64,000 nucleotides of DNA, taken from Tubulanus polymorphus. Its lineage: Eukaryota > Animalia > Nemertea. The stretch is from contig NC_134030.1 in assembly GCF_964204645.1 (NCBI RefSeq), positions 1-64,000 on the forward strand. Direction: 5' to 3'. This document shows, piece after piece, positions 1-11,200 of the stretch. The stretch's first letter is position 1. The number at the start of each line of letters is the position of its first letter. The notes under the pieces are model-generated. The model was given only the letters and a program-made list of their open reading frames with translations. It had not been told where the DNA came from and made no database searches. The position numbers and the translations under genes were made by a program.

Positions 1-415
1 TACTGATACTGATTCAGAGTGGTCCTGATGCTGAATAGAGGATGTACAGGGTTGTACCGGGTTCGAACCCAGTAATTACTGATACAGATTCAGAGTGATC
101 CTGATGCTGAATAGAGGATGTACAGGGGTGTCCCGGGTTCAGACCCAGTAATAACTGATACAGATTCAGAGTGGTCCTGATGCTGAATAGAGGATGTACA
201 GGGTTGTACCGGGTTCGAACCCAGTAATTACTGATACTGATTCAGAGTGGTCCTGATGCTGAATAGAGGATGTACAGGGTTGTACCGGGTTCGAACCCAG
301 TAATTACTGATACTGATTCAGAGTGGTCCTGATGCTGAATAGAGGATGTACAGGGTTGTACCGGGTTCGAACCCAGTAATTACTGATACTGATTCAGAGT
401 GGTCCTGATGCTGAT
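1..415. repeat. ~76-bp tandem repeat (~5.5 copies, runs off window start)
   Basis: Unit tactgatactgattcagagtggtcctgatgctgaatagaggatgtacagggttgtaccgggttcgaacccagtaat repeated. Confidence 0.95.
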
Positions 416-580
416 TGGCACCGGATGATGTACAGATGTTTGATAACCTTACAAATAACTGCGTGACAAGTGCGACTAGTGCGCCATCTATCTGTAATTT
501 TCATCTCCAACGACTGGCACGAGACAACAAAACTTACGTTGTTTTTCTATTGCAATATTTGAAACTGAATGTGTGGATAT

Positions 581-918
581 GAGCGCTACACCCCAGGAGC
601 GCTACTCCCCAGGAGCGCTACTCCCCAGGAGCGCTACTCCCCAGGAGCGCTAGTCCCCAGGAGCGCTACTCCCCAGGAGCGCTAGTCCCCAGGAGCGCTA
701 GTCCCCAGGAGCGCTAGTCCCCAGGAGCGCTAGTCCCCAGGAGCGCTACTCCCCAGGAGCGCTAGTCCCCAGGAGCGCTACTCCCCAGGAGCGCTACTCC
801 CCAGGAGTGCTACTCCCCAGGAGCGCTACTCCCCAGGAGCGCTACTCCCCAGGAGTGCTACTCCCCAGGAGCGCTACTTCCTAGGAGCGCTACTCCCCAG
901 GAGCGCTAGTCCCCAGGA
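581..918. repeat. 16-bp minisatellite
   Basis: (gagcgctactccccag)n, ~21 copies. Confidence 0.95.
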
Positions 919-1399
919 GACAGACAAGTATTTCTAGAAGTCTGCAGCCACTTTTCCTTTTGGTGTAAACAAACATTGCGTGTCTATGACGTCATCCCCT
1001 ACGTGCCGTGTGACACGGTCACGTGACCCACGCTGAGATGTCTATTAACCACTGATCGATTGCGTTACCATGGTAGCATACAGTAAGAACACTTCCTGTG
1101 ATTTACTGCAACTTGTTATTGTAATTGGGTCGATTAAAACTGCGTCTAGGGTTACAGCATTATCCCCTCCTCACACCCCCTCCAACAGCACCCCCTCACA
1201 GCATCCCCTCACACCATCTCTCTTCCCTCCCCTCACAGCACCCCTCCCCTCCCCTCACAGCACCCCCTCCCATCCCCTCACAGCTGACTCGTCTCTGCTC
1301 AGTAGCCGCTGTGTTTGATTGGTGTATGATGAATCAGAGATTTTATCTATTGAATGTGATATCATCACATACAGTGATTGAACGAGCTGCAGCTGCTGC

Positions 1400-1431
<32 letters not shown>

Positions 1432-1493
1432 GTACTGCTGGTGTTGCAGTACTCGCTCGCTGATCCGGCGAGACGACAGTTCTAGCTTGTATA

Positions 1494-1600
1494 ATGGGAT
1501 GGAGTATTTATGTACTATTTGGTTTACTCGGTTTAGCAGCGTTTCAACTTTATTCTGCTGGTCACAAATTCTGGTGTCAAAGCGTTCACTATACGTATGG
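1494..1600 (+). CDS. Beta-1,3-galactosyltransferase (GT31), predicted coding exon 1
   Basis: ATG at 1494 reads MGWSIYVLFGLLGLAAFQLYSAGHKFWCQSVHYTY+GG, then a strong donor GTGAGT; phase 2 matches the acceptor at 3830. Confidence 0.7.
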
Positions 1601-1704
1601 GTGAGTATTGCATGACCCCCTCCCTCCCCCGTCTTCCCCTCCCCTCCCCACCCTCTACCCGGCTCGAGGGGTTCGAGATGGTTAGTACCCATTTACTGAG
1701 GTAA

Positions 1705-1890
1705 CAGTTAGTTTAGTGAGGATGAGAGAGGTACAGTGAGGATGAGAGAGGTACAGCGAGGGTGAGAGAGGTAAAGTGAGGATGAGAGAGGTACAGGGAG
1801 GATGAGAGAGGTACAGCGAGGGTGAGAGAGGTACAGTGAGGATGAGAGAGGTACAGGGAGGATGAGAGAGGTACAGCGACGATGAGAGGG
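1705..1890. repeat. 21-bp purine-rich tandem repeat
   Basis: (gaggatgagagaggtacagtg)-like units. Confidence 0.85.
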
Positions 1891-2184
1891 TAGAAGTTGA
1901 GATCAATAAGATGATATTGATTGATGATCTAGCTGCTGCTGCCGGAGGCGCCACATGTCACACAACACGCGCACACCGCGCGCACCGCGCACTCATACAA
2001 CAGGTAAAACGCGTCAGTCACTAATCAGCTGTCTATCCACTATCATCATCATCATCTCTCTCTCTCTTCTCTCTCTTAACTCTCTGTCTGTCTCTCTCTC
2101 TATCTCTTCTCTTTATCTGTCTCAATACCTATAAAAATACGATGAGATTTATAAGTTAAATAGTTAAGCAGTAAGTGCCGGAGC

Positions 2185-2303
2185 TGTGGTCAGTCCTGCT
2201 AAAGTGGTCAGTCCTGTGGTAGTGGTCAGTGCTGTGGTAGTGGTCAGTGCTGTGGTAGTGGTCAGTGCTGTGGTAGTGGTCAGTCCTGCGGTAGTGGTCA
2301 GTA
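2185..2303. repeat. 18-bp tandem repeat
   Basis: (gtggtcagtgctgtggta)n. Confidence 0.85.
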
Positions 2304-2686
2304 TGGTGCGTATTCAAGGGCCTAAACACGATCAGTGTCAATGTCAGGATGTATGGTGGACTATAATATTAGGGTGAGAATTTGTATCTAACTGTCGTAC
2401 GAGCACCAGAGACCCCTAGCGGCCACACAGATAAGTCACCCCCTACTAGCGGCCACATATATATCTCCCAGTCACACGCTGTCGACCCCTAGCGGCCATA
2501 TAACACACACTCTGCCCTAAACACACTTCTACCAGAGCTAATAGAAAACATTTCACTTAGAACATTTAGAAGTAAAACGAATTAGAAAATGATTCCCTAC
2601 ATTGCGATACAGTACGATACAATGTACTAAAGAGACCACACCCTTCTATCTATCATTTATCAGTGTTCACTACATCGAGATGTCAT

Positions 2687-2689
<3 letters not shown>

Positions 2690-2780
<91 letters not shown>

Positions 2781-3290
2781 GACTACAGATCAATCATACA
2801 TCTATCATTCACCTCTACTCCCCTCCCACCCCTTCTCCTCTACCCCCTCTTTCATCCTCTCTCTGCCTCTCTCTCCCTCCCCTCTCCTCTCTCCTCTCTC
2901 TCTCTCCCTCTCTTCTCTCTCTCTCCCTCTCCCTCCCCTCTCCTCTCTCCTCTCTCTCTCTCCCTCTCTTCTCCCCTCTCCTCTCTCTCCCTCCCCTCTC
3001 CTCTCTCTCCTCTCCCCTCTCCTCTCCCCTCTCCTCTCTCCTCTCCCCTCTCCTCTCTCCTCTCCCCTCTCCTCTCCCCTCTCCTCTCTCTCTCTCCCTC
3101 CCCTCTCCTCTCCCCCCTCTCCTCTCTCTCTCTCCCCCTCTCCTCCCCCCTCTCCCCTCTCCTCTCTCCCTCCCCCTCTCTCTCTCCCCCTCTCCTCTCT
3201 CTCCCTCCCCTTCTCTCTCTCCGCTCTCCTCTCTCCTCTCTCTCCCTCCCCCTCTCCTCTCCCCCTCTCTCCCCCTCTCCTCTCTCTCCC
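2690..3290. repeat. (CAG)~30 microsatellite followed by a CT-rich polypyrimidine tract
   Basis: Pure CAG run ~2690-2779; C/T low complexity ~2820-3290. Confidence 0.95.
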
Positions 3291-3830
3291 TGTCACACAT
3301 ATACTCAGTTTATCAATAACTCAATGAGTTCTAAACGTACTTGAATTATTCAAACACATCAACACTGGGGAAGATAATTTGTACATATGGGAGCTAGCCA
3401 GGTAGTTAACTAGTAGCGGAGCGGGTTAGGAGTGAGGCGAGTCAGCTGCCAGCTGTCAGCTAGAATGGCTGACCGGAAACGGAAATACACCAGTACATTA
3501 TTATTAGGTCGACTGTTGGTTTTGGTGTGTTTGTTTTATCGAGTTTTAATTGACGATTGTTTAAAAAGGTTTGTATTCGATTTGTTTGACTTGGGACAGA
3601 GACTCTGGGTAGGGGCGGGGAGGGTTTAGAGGGGTGGGGGAATTTAGAGGGGAAGGGGTGTAGGGGAGGATTTAGATGTTAGGACTCCGTCGACGACCGT
3701 GCATAGAATCAGGGTTTGTGGGTTAGGCAGGGTTCGAACCCACGTGACACCCGAGCGGCGATGTTTACGCTTTTAGATTCGGTTATCGTTTAATACAAAA
3801 ATACAGATTGATATTTCAATTGTTTTGTAG

Positions 3831-4893
3831 AGTTGGTAAGGCGGCCGTGTCGGTGTTTGGAATTCCTAAACGAGTATTTAAAGCGGTTTTAGTATTAGGA
3901 TTTATTAATATGGTCGGGTATATGGTATATTTGAGTTACCCGAATTCACTACCCGTTAATGTAGTTTACATGCCCGATGAATACATCGAACAATGGATCA
4001 CTGTGAATTCATCCAATCAAACCGTCAGAATTAGACGCCGGAACTTACATCCAGAACCGATCACGCTGCCATCTGTCGTCGTCAACCCGCACGAATACAA
4101 TTACGTCATCAATCGCGAGGATATATGCGCGAACGCAACAATAGATTTAATGGTCGTCGTGACGACCGCGGTATCGAGTTTCAATCAGAGAAAAGCGATT
4201 AGAACCACGTGGGGTTCAGCGGTGAATGAACCACGATTGAGAACCCGATTGATATTTATAGTTGGTTCGGCTAACGACTCTGCAGCCCAGTACACCCTTC
4301 AGGAGGAGAGCGATGTTTATCAGGACATTGTACAGAAAGACTTCATCGATACCTATCGTAATTTAACTATTAAATCTATAGCGATGGTGAAATGGGTTCG
4401 AGATTTCTGTCCTCAAGCGAGGTTCCTACTGAAATCAGATGACGATATGTTCATCAATATTCCGCTGCTTATCAAACATCTAAACGAAACCAATAAAAAA
4501 CATCGTCGTTTTTATTTCTGCGCTTGTCAATATCAATCTTTAGCCATGAGGAAAAAATCCGATAAATGGTTCGTCACTAAACGCGAATATTCCGCCAAAT
4601 ATTACCCGCCATATTGCGCCGGAAGTCAGTACTCTATGTCCGGTAGTATAGTGGCGGAACTGTACGAACATTCTCGGTATATTCCGTTTTTCTGGTTGGA
4701 AGATGTATTTTTAACTGGAATGTTGGGTAAACGTTTAAAGATTCATCATGAACACAATAAATTAGTTCAGTTCTGGAGGACTCGACCTGATGCTTGTTTG
4801 TTTAACCGTATTATATCCAGTCATCACTTGACACCTAAAGAAATGTATCGCGTTTGGGACGATCTACACGATAATGAGTTAGTCTGTAAGTAA
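3831..4893 (+). CDS. Beta-1,3-galactosyltransferase (GT31 / Galactosyl_T family, B3GALT1/5-like), main exon
   Basis: Acceptor ttttgtag at 3830; TM segment VLVLGFINMVGYMVYL; family motifs RKAIRTTWG, DFIDTYRNLTIK, KSDDDMFIN (DxD), YPPYCAG, EDVFLTG; stop TAA 4893; AATAAA ~5022. Confidence 0.92.
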
Positions 4894-5144
4894 AATTACC
4901 TGTTCTCACTCGCCAGGGCTGCCTTCGGTTGAGTTTTGTGTAAAAAACCGCGTTGATACGAGATCATAGAATTTTGGGGGGTACCCTAGTGAGCCCGTTC
5001 CCTAGTTCTACCTCTTCTATCAATAAAACAATAACTAAATTCTATTAACACAAAGAAAGATTTCAGGAAAACACACGATACGAGATCATCCATTATCGTA
5101 ACCCTAACCCTAGCTAGTCCGTAACCCTAACCCTAGTTTGCACA

Positions 5145-5216
5145 TGACCCTAGCAGGACTCGAACCTGCAGCCTCCAGCATGCTAGCCGTGCACGCTAAC
5201 CACTTGACCACAGACC
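5145..5216 (-). mobile_element. tRNA-derived sequence (likely SINE head or tRNA pseudogene, possibly Ala-AGC derived)
   Basis: Minus strand GGTCTGTGGTCAAGTGGTTAGCGTGCACGGCTAGCATGCTGGAGGCTGCAGGTTCGAGTCCTGCTAGGGTCA: A-box TGGTCAAGTGG, B-box GGTTCGAGTCC, intact T-arm, poor acceptor and anticodon stems. Confidence 0.65.
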
Positions 5217-5406
5217 AGTAGTTGTATGAGTTGTAAGTTTGTCTGGTCTGTGTTGTAGGTGACTGGTGACCAGTCAGGTGTGGGCTTGTAAACAGTTAAA
5301 TGTCTGCAATTACATCAGATTCTATAAACCAATAAAACTCTAGTTTTCTTAATTCCGTGAGGTAAAACCCAGGCCCTGTTTTATAGACTGGTATCACCTT
5401 TAACCC

Positions 5407-6090
5407 GGACTAGGGGACTAGGGGACTAGGGGACTAGGGGTGAATTCTCTGCTCTCTATCAATGGTGGACTAGGGGACTAGGGGACTAGGGGTGAATTCT
5501 CTGCTCTCTATCAATGGTGGACTAGGGGACTAGGGGACTAGGGGTGAATTCTCTGCTCTCTATCAATGGTGGACTAGGGGACTAGGGGACTAGGGGTGAA
5601 TTCTCTGCTCTCTATCAATGGTGGACTAGGGGACTAGGGGACTAGGGGTGAATTCTCTGCTCTCTATCAATGGTGGACTAGGGGACTAGGGGACTAGGGG
5701 TGAATTCTCTGCTCTCTATCAATGGTGGACTAGGGGACTAGGGGACTAGGGGTGAATTCTCTGCTCTCTATCAATGGTGGACTAGGGGACTAGGGGACTA
5801 GGGGTGAATTCTCTGCTCTCTATCAATGGTGGACTAGGGGACTAGGGGACTAGGGGTGAATTCTCTGCTCTCTATCAATGGTGGACTAGGGGACTAGGGG
5901 ACTAGGGGTGAATTCTCTGCTCTCTATCAATGGTGGACTAGGGGACTGGGGGACTAGGGGTGAATTCTCTGCTCTCTATCAATGGTGGACTAGGGGACTA
6001 GGGGACTAGGGGTGAATTCTCTGCTCTCTATCAATGGTGGACTAGGGGACTAGGGGACTAGGGGTGAATTCTCTGCTCTCTATCAATGGT
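5407..6090. repeat. 52-bp minisatellite with an internal (ggactagg)3 subrepeat
   Basis: ~13 copies of ggactaggggactaggggactaggggtgaattctctgctctctatcaatggt. Confidence 0.95.
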
Positions 6091-6205
6091 ATTTGTAGTT
6101 TTGTTTTTGAACACGCGCTGTTTTTTATATTACGCACATTTTTTTCTTTCGATTCTGGATTCAACGAAAAATATCAGATTTTGTATGTGAATAACGCGGA
6201 TGGGC

Positions 6206-7206
6206 GTCGAGGGGGAGGAGGGTGTCGAGGGGGTCGGGCTAGGAGTGGAGGGGGTGTCGAGGGGGTAGGGCTAGGAGTGGAGGGGGTGTCGAGGGGGTAG
6301 GGCTAGGAGTGGAGGGGGTGTCGAGGGGGTAGGGCTAGGAGTGGAGGGGTGTCGAGGGGTATATGGAGTAGAGTGAGGAGGGGGTGTCGAGGGGGTAGGG
6401 CTAGGAGTGGAGGGGGTGTCGAGGGGGTAGGGCTAGGAGTGGAGGGGGTGTCGAGGGGTATATGGAGTAGAGTGAGGAGGGGGTGTCGAGGGGGTAGGGC
6501 TAGGAGTGGAGGGGGTGTCGAGGGGGTAGGGCTAGGAGTGGAGGGGGTGTCGAGGGGGTAGGGCTAGGAGTGGAGGGGGTGTCGAGGGGGTAGGGCTAGG
6601 AGTGGAGGGGGTGTCGAGGGGGTAGGGCTAGGAGTGGAGGGGGTGTCGAGGGGGTAGGGCTAGGAGTGGAGGGGGTGTCGAGGGGGTAGGGCTAGGAGTG
6701 GAGGGGGTGTCGAGGGGGTAGGGCTAGGAGTGGAGGGGGTGTCGAGGGGGTAGGGCTAGGAGTGGAGGGGGTGTCGAGGGGGTAGGGCTAGGAGTGGAGG
6801 GGGTGTCGAGGGGGTAGGGCTAGGAGTGGAGGGGGTGTCGAGGGGGTAGGGCTAGGAGTGGAGGGGGTGTCGAGGGGGTAGGGCTAGGAGTGGAGGGGGT
6901 GTCGAGGGGGTAGGGCTAGGAGTGGAGGGGGTGTCGAGGGGGTAGGGCTAGGAGTGGAGGGGTGTCGAGGGGTATATGGAGTAGAGTGAGGAGGGGGTGT
7001 CGAGGGGGTAGGGCTAGGAGTGGAGGGGGTGTCGAGGGGGTAGGGCTAGGAGTGGAGGGGGTGTCGAGGGGGTAGGGCTAGGAGTGGAGGGGGTGTCGAG
7101 GGGGTAGGGCTAGGAGTGGAGGGGGTGTCGAGGGGGTAGGGCTAGGAGTGGAGGGGGTGTCGAGGGGTATATGGAGTAGAGTGAGGAGGGGGTGTCGAGG
7201 GGGTAG
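6206..7206. repeat. 32-bp G-rich minisatellite abutting the 3' end of the Penelope-like element
   Basis: (gagggggtgtcgagggggtagggctaggagtg)n with interspersed variant units. Confidence 0.95.
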
Positions 7207-7209
7207 ATT

Positions 7210-8030
7210 TAAGGGTTAGGGGACCAAACCGAAGGTTTGGAGACCCCACTAGTGCACGGGAAGCGGGTTATCCCTGTAAAAAAGTAGTGAGAGTTAATTG
7301 TTGTAGTGAGGCGGTCTACGGGACGTTCATGCCTCGGGGCGTGTTCGTGTCGAGTCGTCGTATCCAGTCTTGTTCGGCTGCTTCGCGGATCGGTCTCGTG
7401 GAGCCTGGTAGGTGTTGGAGACCGTACACCCGAAAGTGTTCGCGGGTGTGGTCGACTTGGTTGAAGTGGTCCGAGACTGGAGTCGAATTCTTCGTTCTGA
7501 TGCGTGAGACGTGATGAGTGACGCGTTCTCGTAGAGACATTCCGGTTTGGCCGACGTACAGCATGTTGCACTTGGTGCATTCGATGCAGTATACAATTTC
7601 ACGGGTCGCGCAATTAATTGTGCTGCGGATCGCGTGCATTTTGTTGTGGCTGCGGCAAACGGTTGTTTCTCGGACGAGTGGACACGTACGACATCTCGGT
7701 GTTCTGCATTTCTTGGTGCCTCGACGTCGGGTTGACGGAGTTCTTTGAGTAGACCTGGAAATAGAAGAATTGGAAACAACGGAAGTATTTCTGTTACGAT
7801 GCGGTGAAGAGGGGACTCGGGGAGGGGGTGGCTCCGTGGGTTTGAGCTGCGACGAACTCAGGAGATCTTTGAGACTCTTGTGCTTGGTGTAGGCGGTGAC
7901 CGTGGTTACCTCGTCCGACCGGCCGGTGGCCGTAGCCAGTTCCGTAAATCTGGTTCGGATGTTACGGGCTAGGGTTCGGTTGGCTCCGGAGTGAGGGTTC
8001 GGGCTATGGTCGGGTTGGTTGTAGATGTTT
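7210..8030 (-). mobile_element. Penelope-like retroelement, 5'-truncated 3' fragment (linker + Cys motif + GIY-YIG endonuclease)
   Basis: Stop-free frame from ~8028 to 7316: TAYTKHKSLKDLL (PLE post-RT linker-like), KKCRTPRCRTCP, INCATREIVYCIECTKCNMLYVGQT...LRERVTHH...DHF...REAAEQDWIRRLDTNTPRGMN; no RT domain. Confidence 0.88.
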
Positions 8031-8293
8031 TATATATCCTCGTCATCCATCTCCTCGTTATTAGTATATACACACATACACGTGTACACGTGTCTCTGTA
8101 TTGAATACAGTGACATATTTATAAATAACCTGCGATGCTGTTACACACAGTGTCTCTCCTCTGACGCTGTTCATTGATTTCTCTCTCGCCTCAAGTGAAA
8201 ACTGTTGATTCAACTCAGATTTCATCATTTACACCGCGGCCTGGAGGAATAAAAAACATCAAACCATTTCAGAAAACTTCTATTAGATCTAGT

Positions 8294-11200
8294 CGTTGTC
8301 GCAGGGAGGTGGTACAGGTGAGGGAGGTAACCACCTCACTGGTTGTCGCAGGGAGGTGGTACAGGTGAGGGAGGTTACCACCTCACTGGTTGTCGCAGGG
8401 AGGTGGTACAGGTGAGGGAGGTTACCACCTCACTGGTTGTCGCAGGGAGGTGGTAGAGGGGAGGGAGGTTACCACCTCACTGGTTGTCGCAGGGAGGTGG
8501 TAGAGGTGAGGGAGGTTACCACCTCACTGGTTGTCGCAGGGAGGTGGTAGAGGTGAGGGAGGTAACCACCTCACTGGTTGTCGCAGGGAGGTGGTACAGG
8601 TGAGGGAGGTTACCACCTCACTGGTTGTCGCAGGGAGGTGGTACAGGTGAGGGAGGTTACCACCTCACTGGTTGTCGCAGGGAGGTGGTACAGGTGAGAG
8701 AGGTTACCACCTCACTGGTTGTCGCAGGGAGGTGGTAAAGGTGAGGGAGGTTACCACCTCACTGGTTGTCGCAGGGGGGTGGTAGAGGTGAGGGAGGTTA
8801 CCACCTCACTGGTTGTCGCAGGGAGGTGGTAGAGGTGAGGGAGGTTACCACCTCACTGGTTGTCGCAGGGGGGTGGTAGAGGTGAGGGAGGTTACCACCT
8901 CACTGGTTGTCGCAGGGAGGTGGTACAGGTGAGGGAGGTTACCACCTCACTGGTTGTCGCAGGGAGGTGGTACAGGTGAGGGAGGTTACCACCTCACTGG
9001 TTGTCGCAGGGGGGTGGTAGAGGGGAGGGAGGTTACCACCTCACTGGTTGTCGCAGGGGGGTGGTAGAGGTGAGGGAGGTAACCACCTCACTGGTTGTCG
9101 CAGGGAGGTGGTAGAGGTGAGGGAGGTTACCACCTCACTGGTTGTCGCAGGGGGGTGGTAGAGGTGAGGGAGGTTACCACCTCACTGGTTGTCGCAGGGA
9201 GGTGGTAGAGGTGAGGGAGGTTACCACCTCACTGGTTGTCGCAGGGGGGTGGTAGAGGTGAGGGAGGTTACCACCTCACTGGTTGTCGCAGGGAGGTGGT
9301 AGAGGTGAGGGAGGTTACCACCTCACTGGTTGTCGCAGGGAGGTGGTACAGGTGAGGGAGGTTACCACCTCACTGGTTGTCGCAGGGAGGTGGTACAGGT
9401 GAGGGAGGTTACCACCTCACTGGTTGTCGCAGGGAGGTGGTAGAGGTGAGGGAGGTTACCACCTCACTGGTTGTCGCAGGGAGGTGGTAGAGGTGAGGGA
9501 GGTTACCACCTCACTGGTTGTCGCAGGGAGGTGGTACAGGTGAGGGAGGTTACCACCTCACTGGTTGTCGCAGGGAGGTGGTAGAGGTGAGGGAGGTTAC
9601 CACCTCACTGGTTGTCGCAGGGAGGTGGTAAAGGTGAGGGAGGTTACCACCTCACTGGTTGTCGCAGGGAGGTGGTAGAGGTGAGGGAGGTTACCACCTC
9701 ACTGGTTGTCGCAGGGAGGTGGTAGAGGTGAGGGAGGTTACCACCTCACTGGTTGTCGCAGGGAGGTGGTACAGGTGAGGGAGGTTACCACCTCACTGGT
9801 TGTCGCAGGGAGGTGGTAGAGGTGAGGGAGGTTACCACCTCACTGGTTGTCGCAGGGGGGTGGTACAGGTGAGGGAGGTTACCACCTCACTGGTTGTCGC
9901 AGGGGGGTGGTAGAGGGGAGGGAGGTTACCACCTCACTGGTTGTCGCAGGGAGGTGATACAGGTGAGAGAGGTTACCACCTCACTGGTTGTCGCAGGGGG
10001 GTGGTAGAGGGGAGGGAGGTTACCACCTCACTGGTTGTCGCAGGGAGGTGGTAGAGGTGAGGGAGGTTACCACCTCACTGGTTGTCGCAGGGAGGTGGTA
10101 CAGGTGAGGGAGGTTACCACCTCACTGGTTGTCGCAGGGAGGTGGTACAGGTGAGGGAGGTTACCACCTCACTGGTTGTCGCAGGGAGGTGGTACAGGTG
10201 AGGGAGGTTACCACCTCACTGGTTGTCGCAGGGAGGTGGTAGAGGGGAGGGAGGTTACCACCTCACTGGTTGTCGCAGGGGGGTGGTAGAGGGGAGGGAG
10301 GTTACCACCTCACTGGTTGTCGCAGGGGGGTGGTACAGGTGAGGGAGGTTACCACCTCACTGGTTGTCGCAGGGAGGTGGTACAGGTGAGGGAGGTTACC
10401 ACCTCACTGGTTGTCGCAGGGAGGTGGTAGAGGTGAGGGAGGTTACCACCTCACTGGTTGTCGCAGGGAGGTGGTACAGGTGAGGGAGGTTACCACCTCA
10501 CTGGTTGTCGCAGGGGGGTGGTAGAGGTGAGGGAGGTTACCACCTCACTGGTTGTCGCAGGGAGGTGGTAGAGGTGAGGGAGGTTACCACCTCACTGGTT
10601 GTCGCAGGGGGGTGGTAGAGGTGAGGGAGGTAACCACCTCACTGGTTGTCGCAGGGAGGTGGTACAGGTGAGGGAGGTTACCACCTCACTGGTTGTCGCA
10701 GGGGGGTGGTAGAGGTGAGGGAGGTAACCACCTCACTGGTTGTCGCAGGGAGGTGGTACAGGTGAGGGAGGTTACCACCTCACTGGTTGTCGCAGGAAGG
10801 TGGTAGAGGTGAGGGAGGTTACCACCTCACTGGTTGTCGCAGGGAGGTGGTAGAGGGGAGGGAGGTTACCACCTCACTGGCTGTCGCAGGGAGGTGGTAG
10901 AGGTGAGGGAGGTTACCACCTCACTGGTTGTCGCAGGGAGGTGGTACAGGTGAGGGAGGTTACCACCTCACTGGTTGTCGCAGGGAGGTGGTAGAGGTGA
11001 GAGAGGTTACCACCTCACTGGTTGTCGCAGGGAGGTGGTACAGGTGAGGGAGGTTACCACCTCACTGGTTGTCGCAGGGAGGTGGTACAGGTGAGGGAGG
11101 TTACCACCTCACTGGTTGTCGCAGGGAGGTGGTACAGGTGAGAGAGGTAACCACCTCACTGGTTGTCGCAGGGAGGTGGTAGAGGTGAGGGAGGTTACCA

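Noticed and set aside
1-415. tRNA cluster or hammerhead array suggested by 76-bp period, GGTTCGAACCC and CTGATG
   Set aside because: No cloverleaf could be built and no complete CTGANGA...GAAA core is present
2602-3327. Poly-Q/poly-A and Leu/Ser/Pro ORFs
   Set aside because: (CAG)n plus CT microsatellite inside the predicted GT31 intron
5145-5216. Functional tRNA-Ala(AGC)
   Set aside because: Acceptor and anticodon stems pair poorly; treated as a tRNA-derived element
7316-8030. Selenocysteine-containing or domesticated stand-alone GIY-YIG gene
   Set aside because: No in-frame TGA in the fragment and no start or promoter for the extended frame; best explained as a truncated insertion
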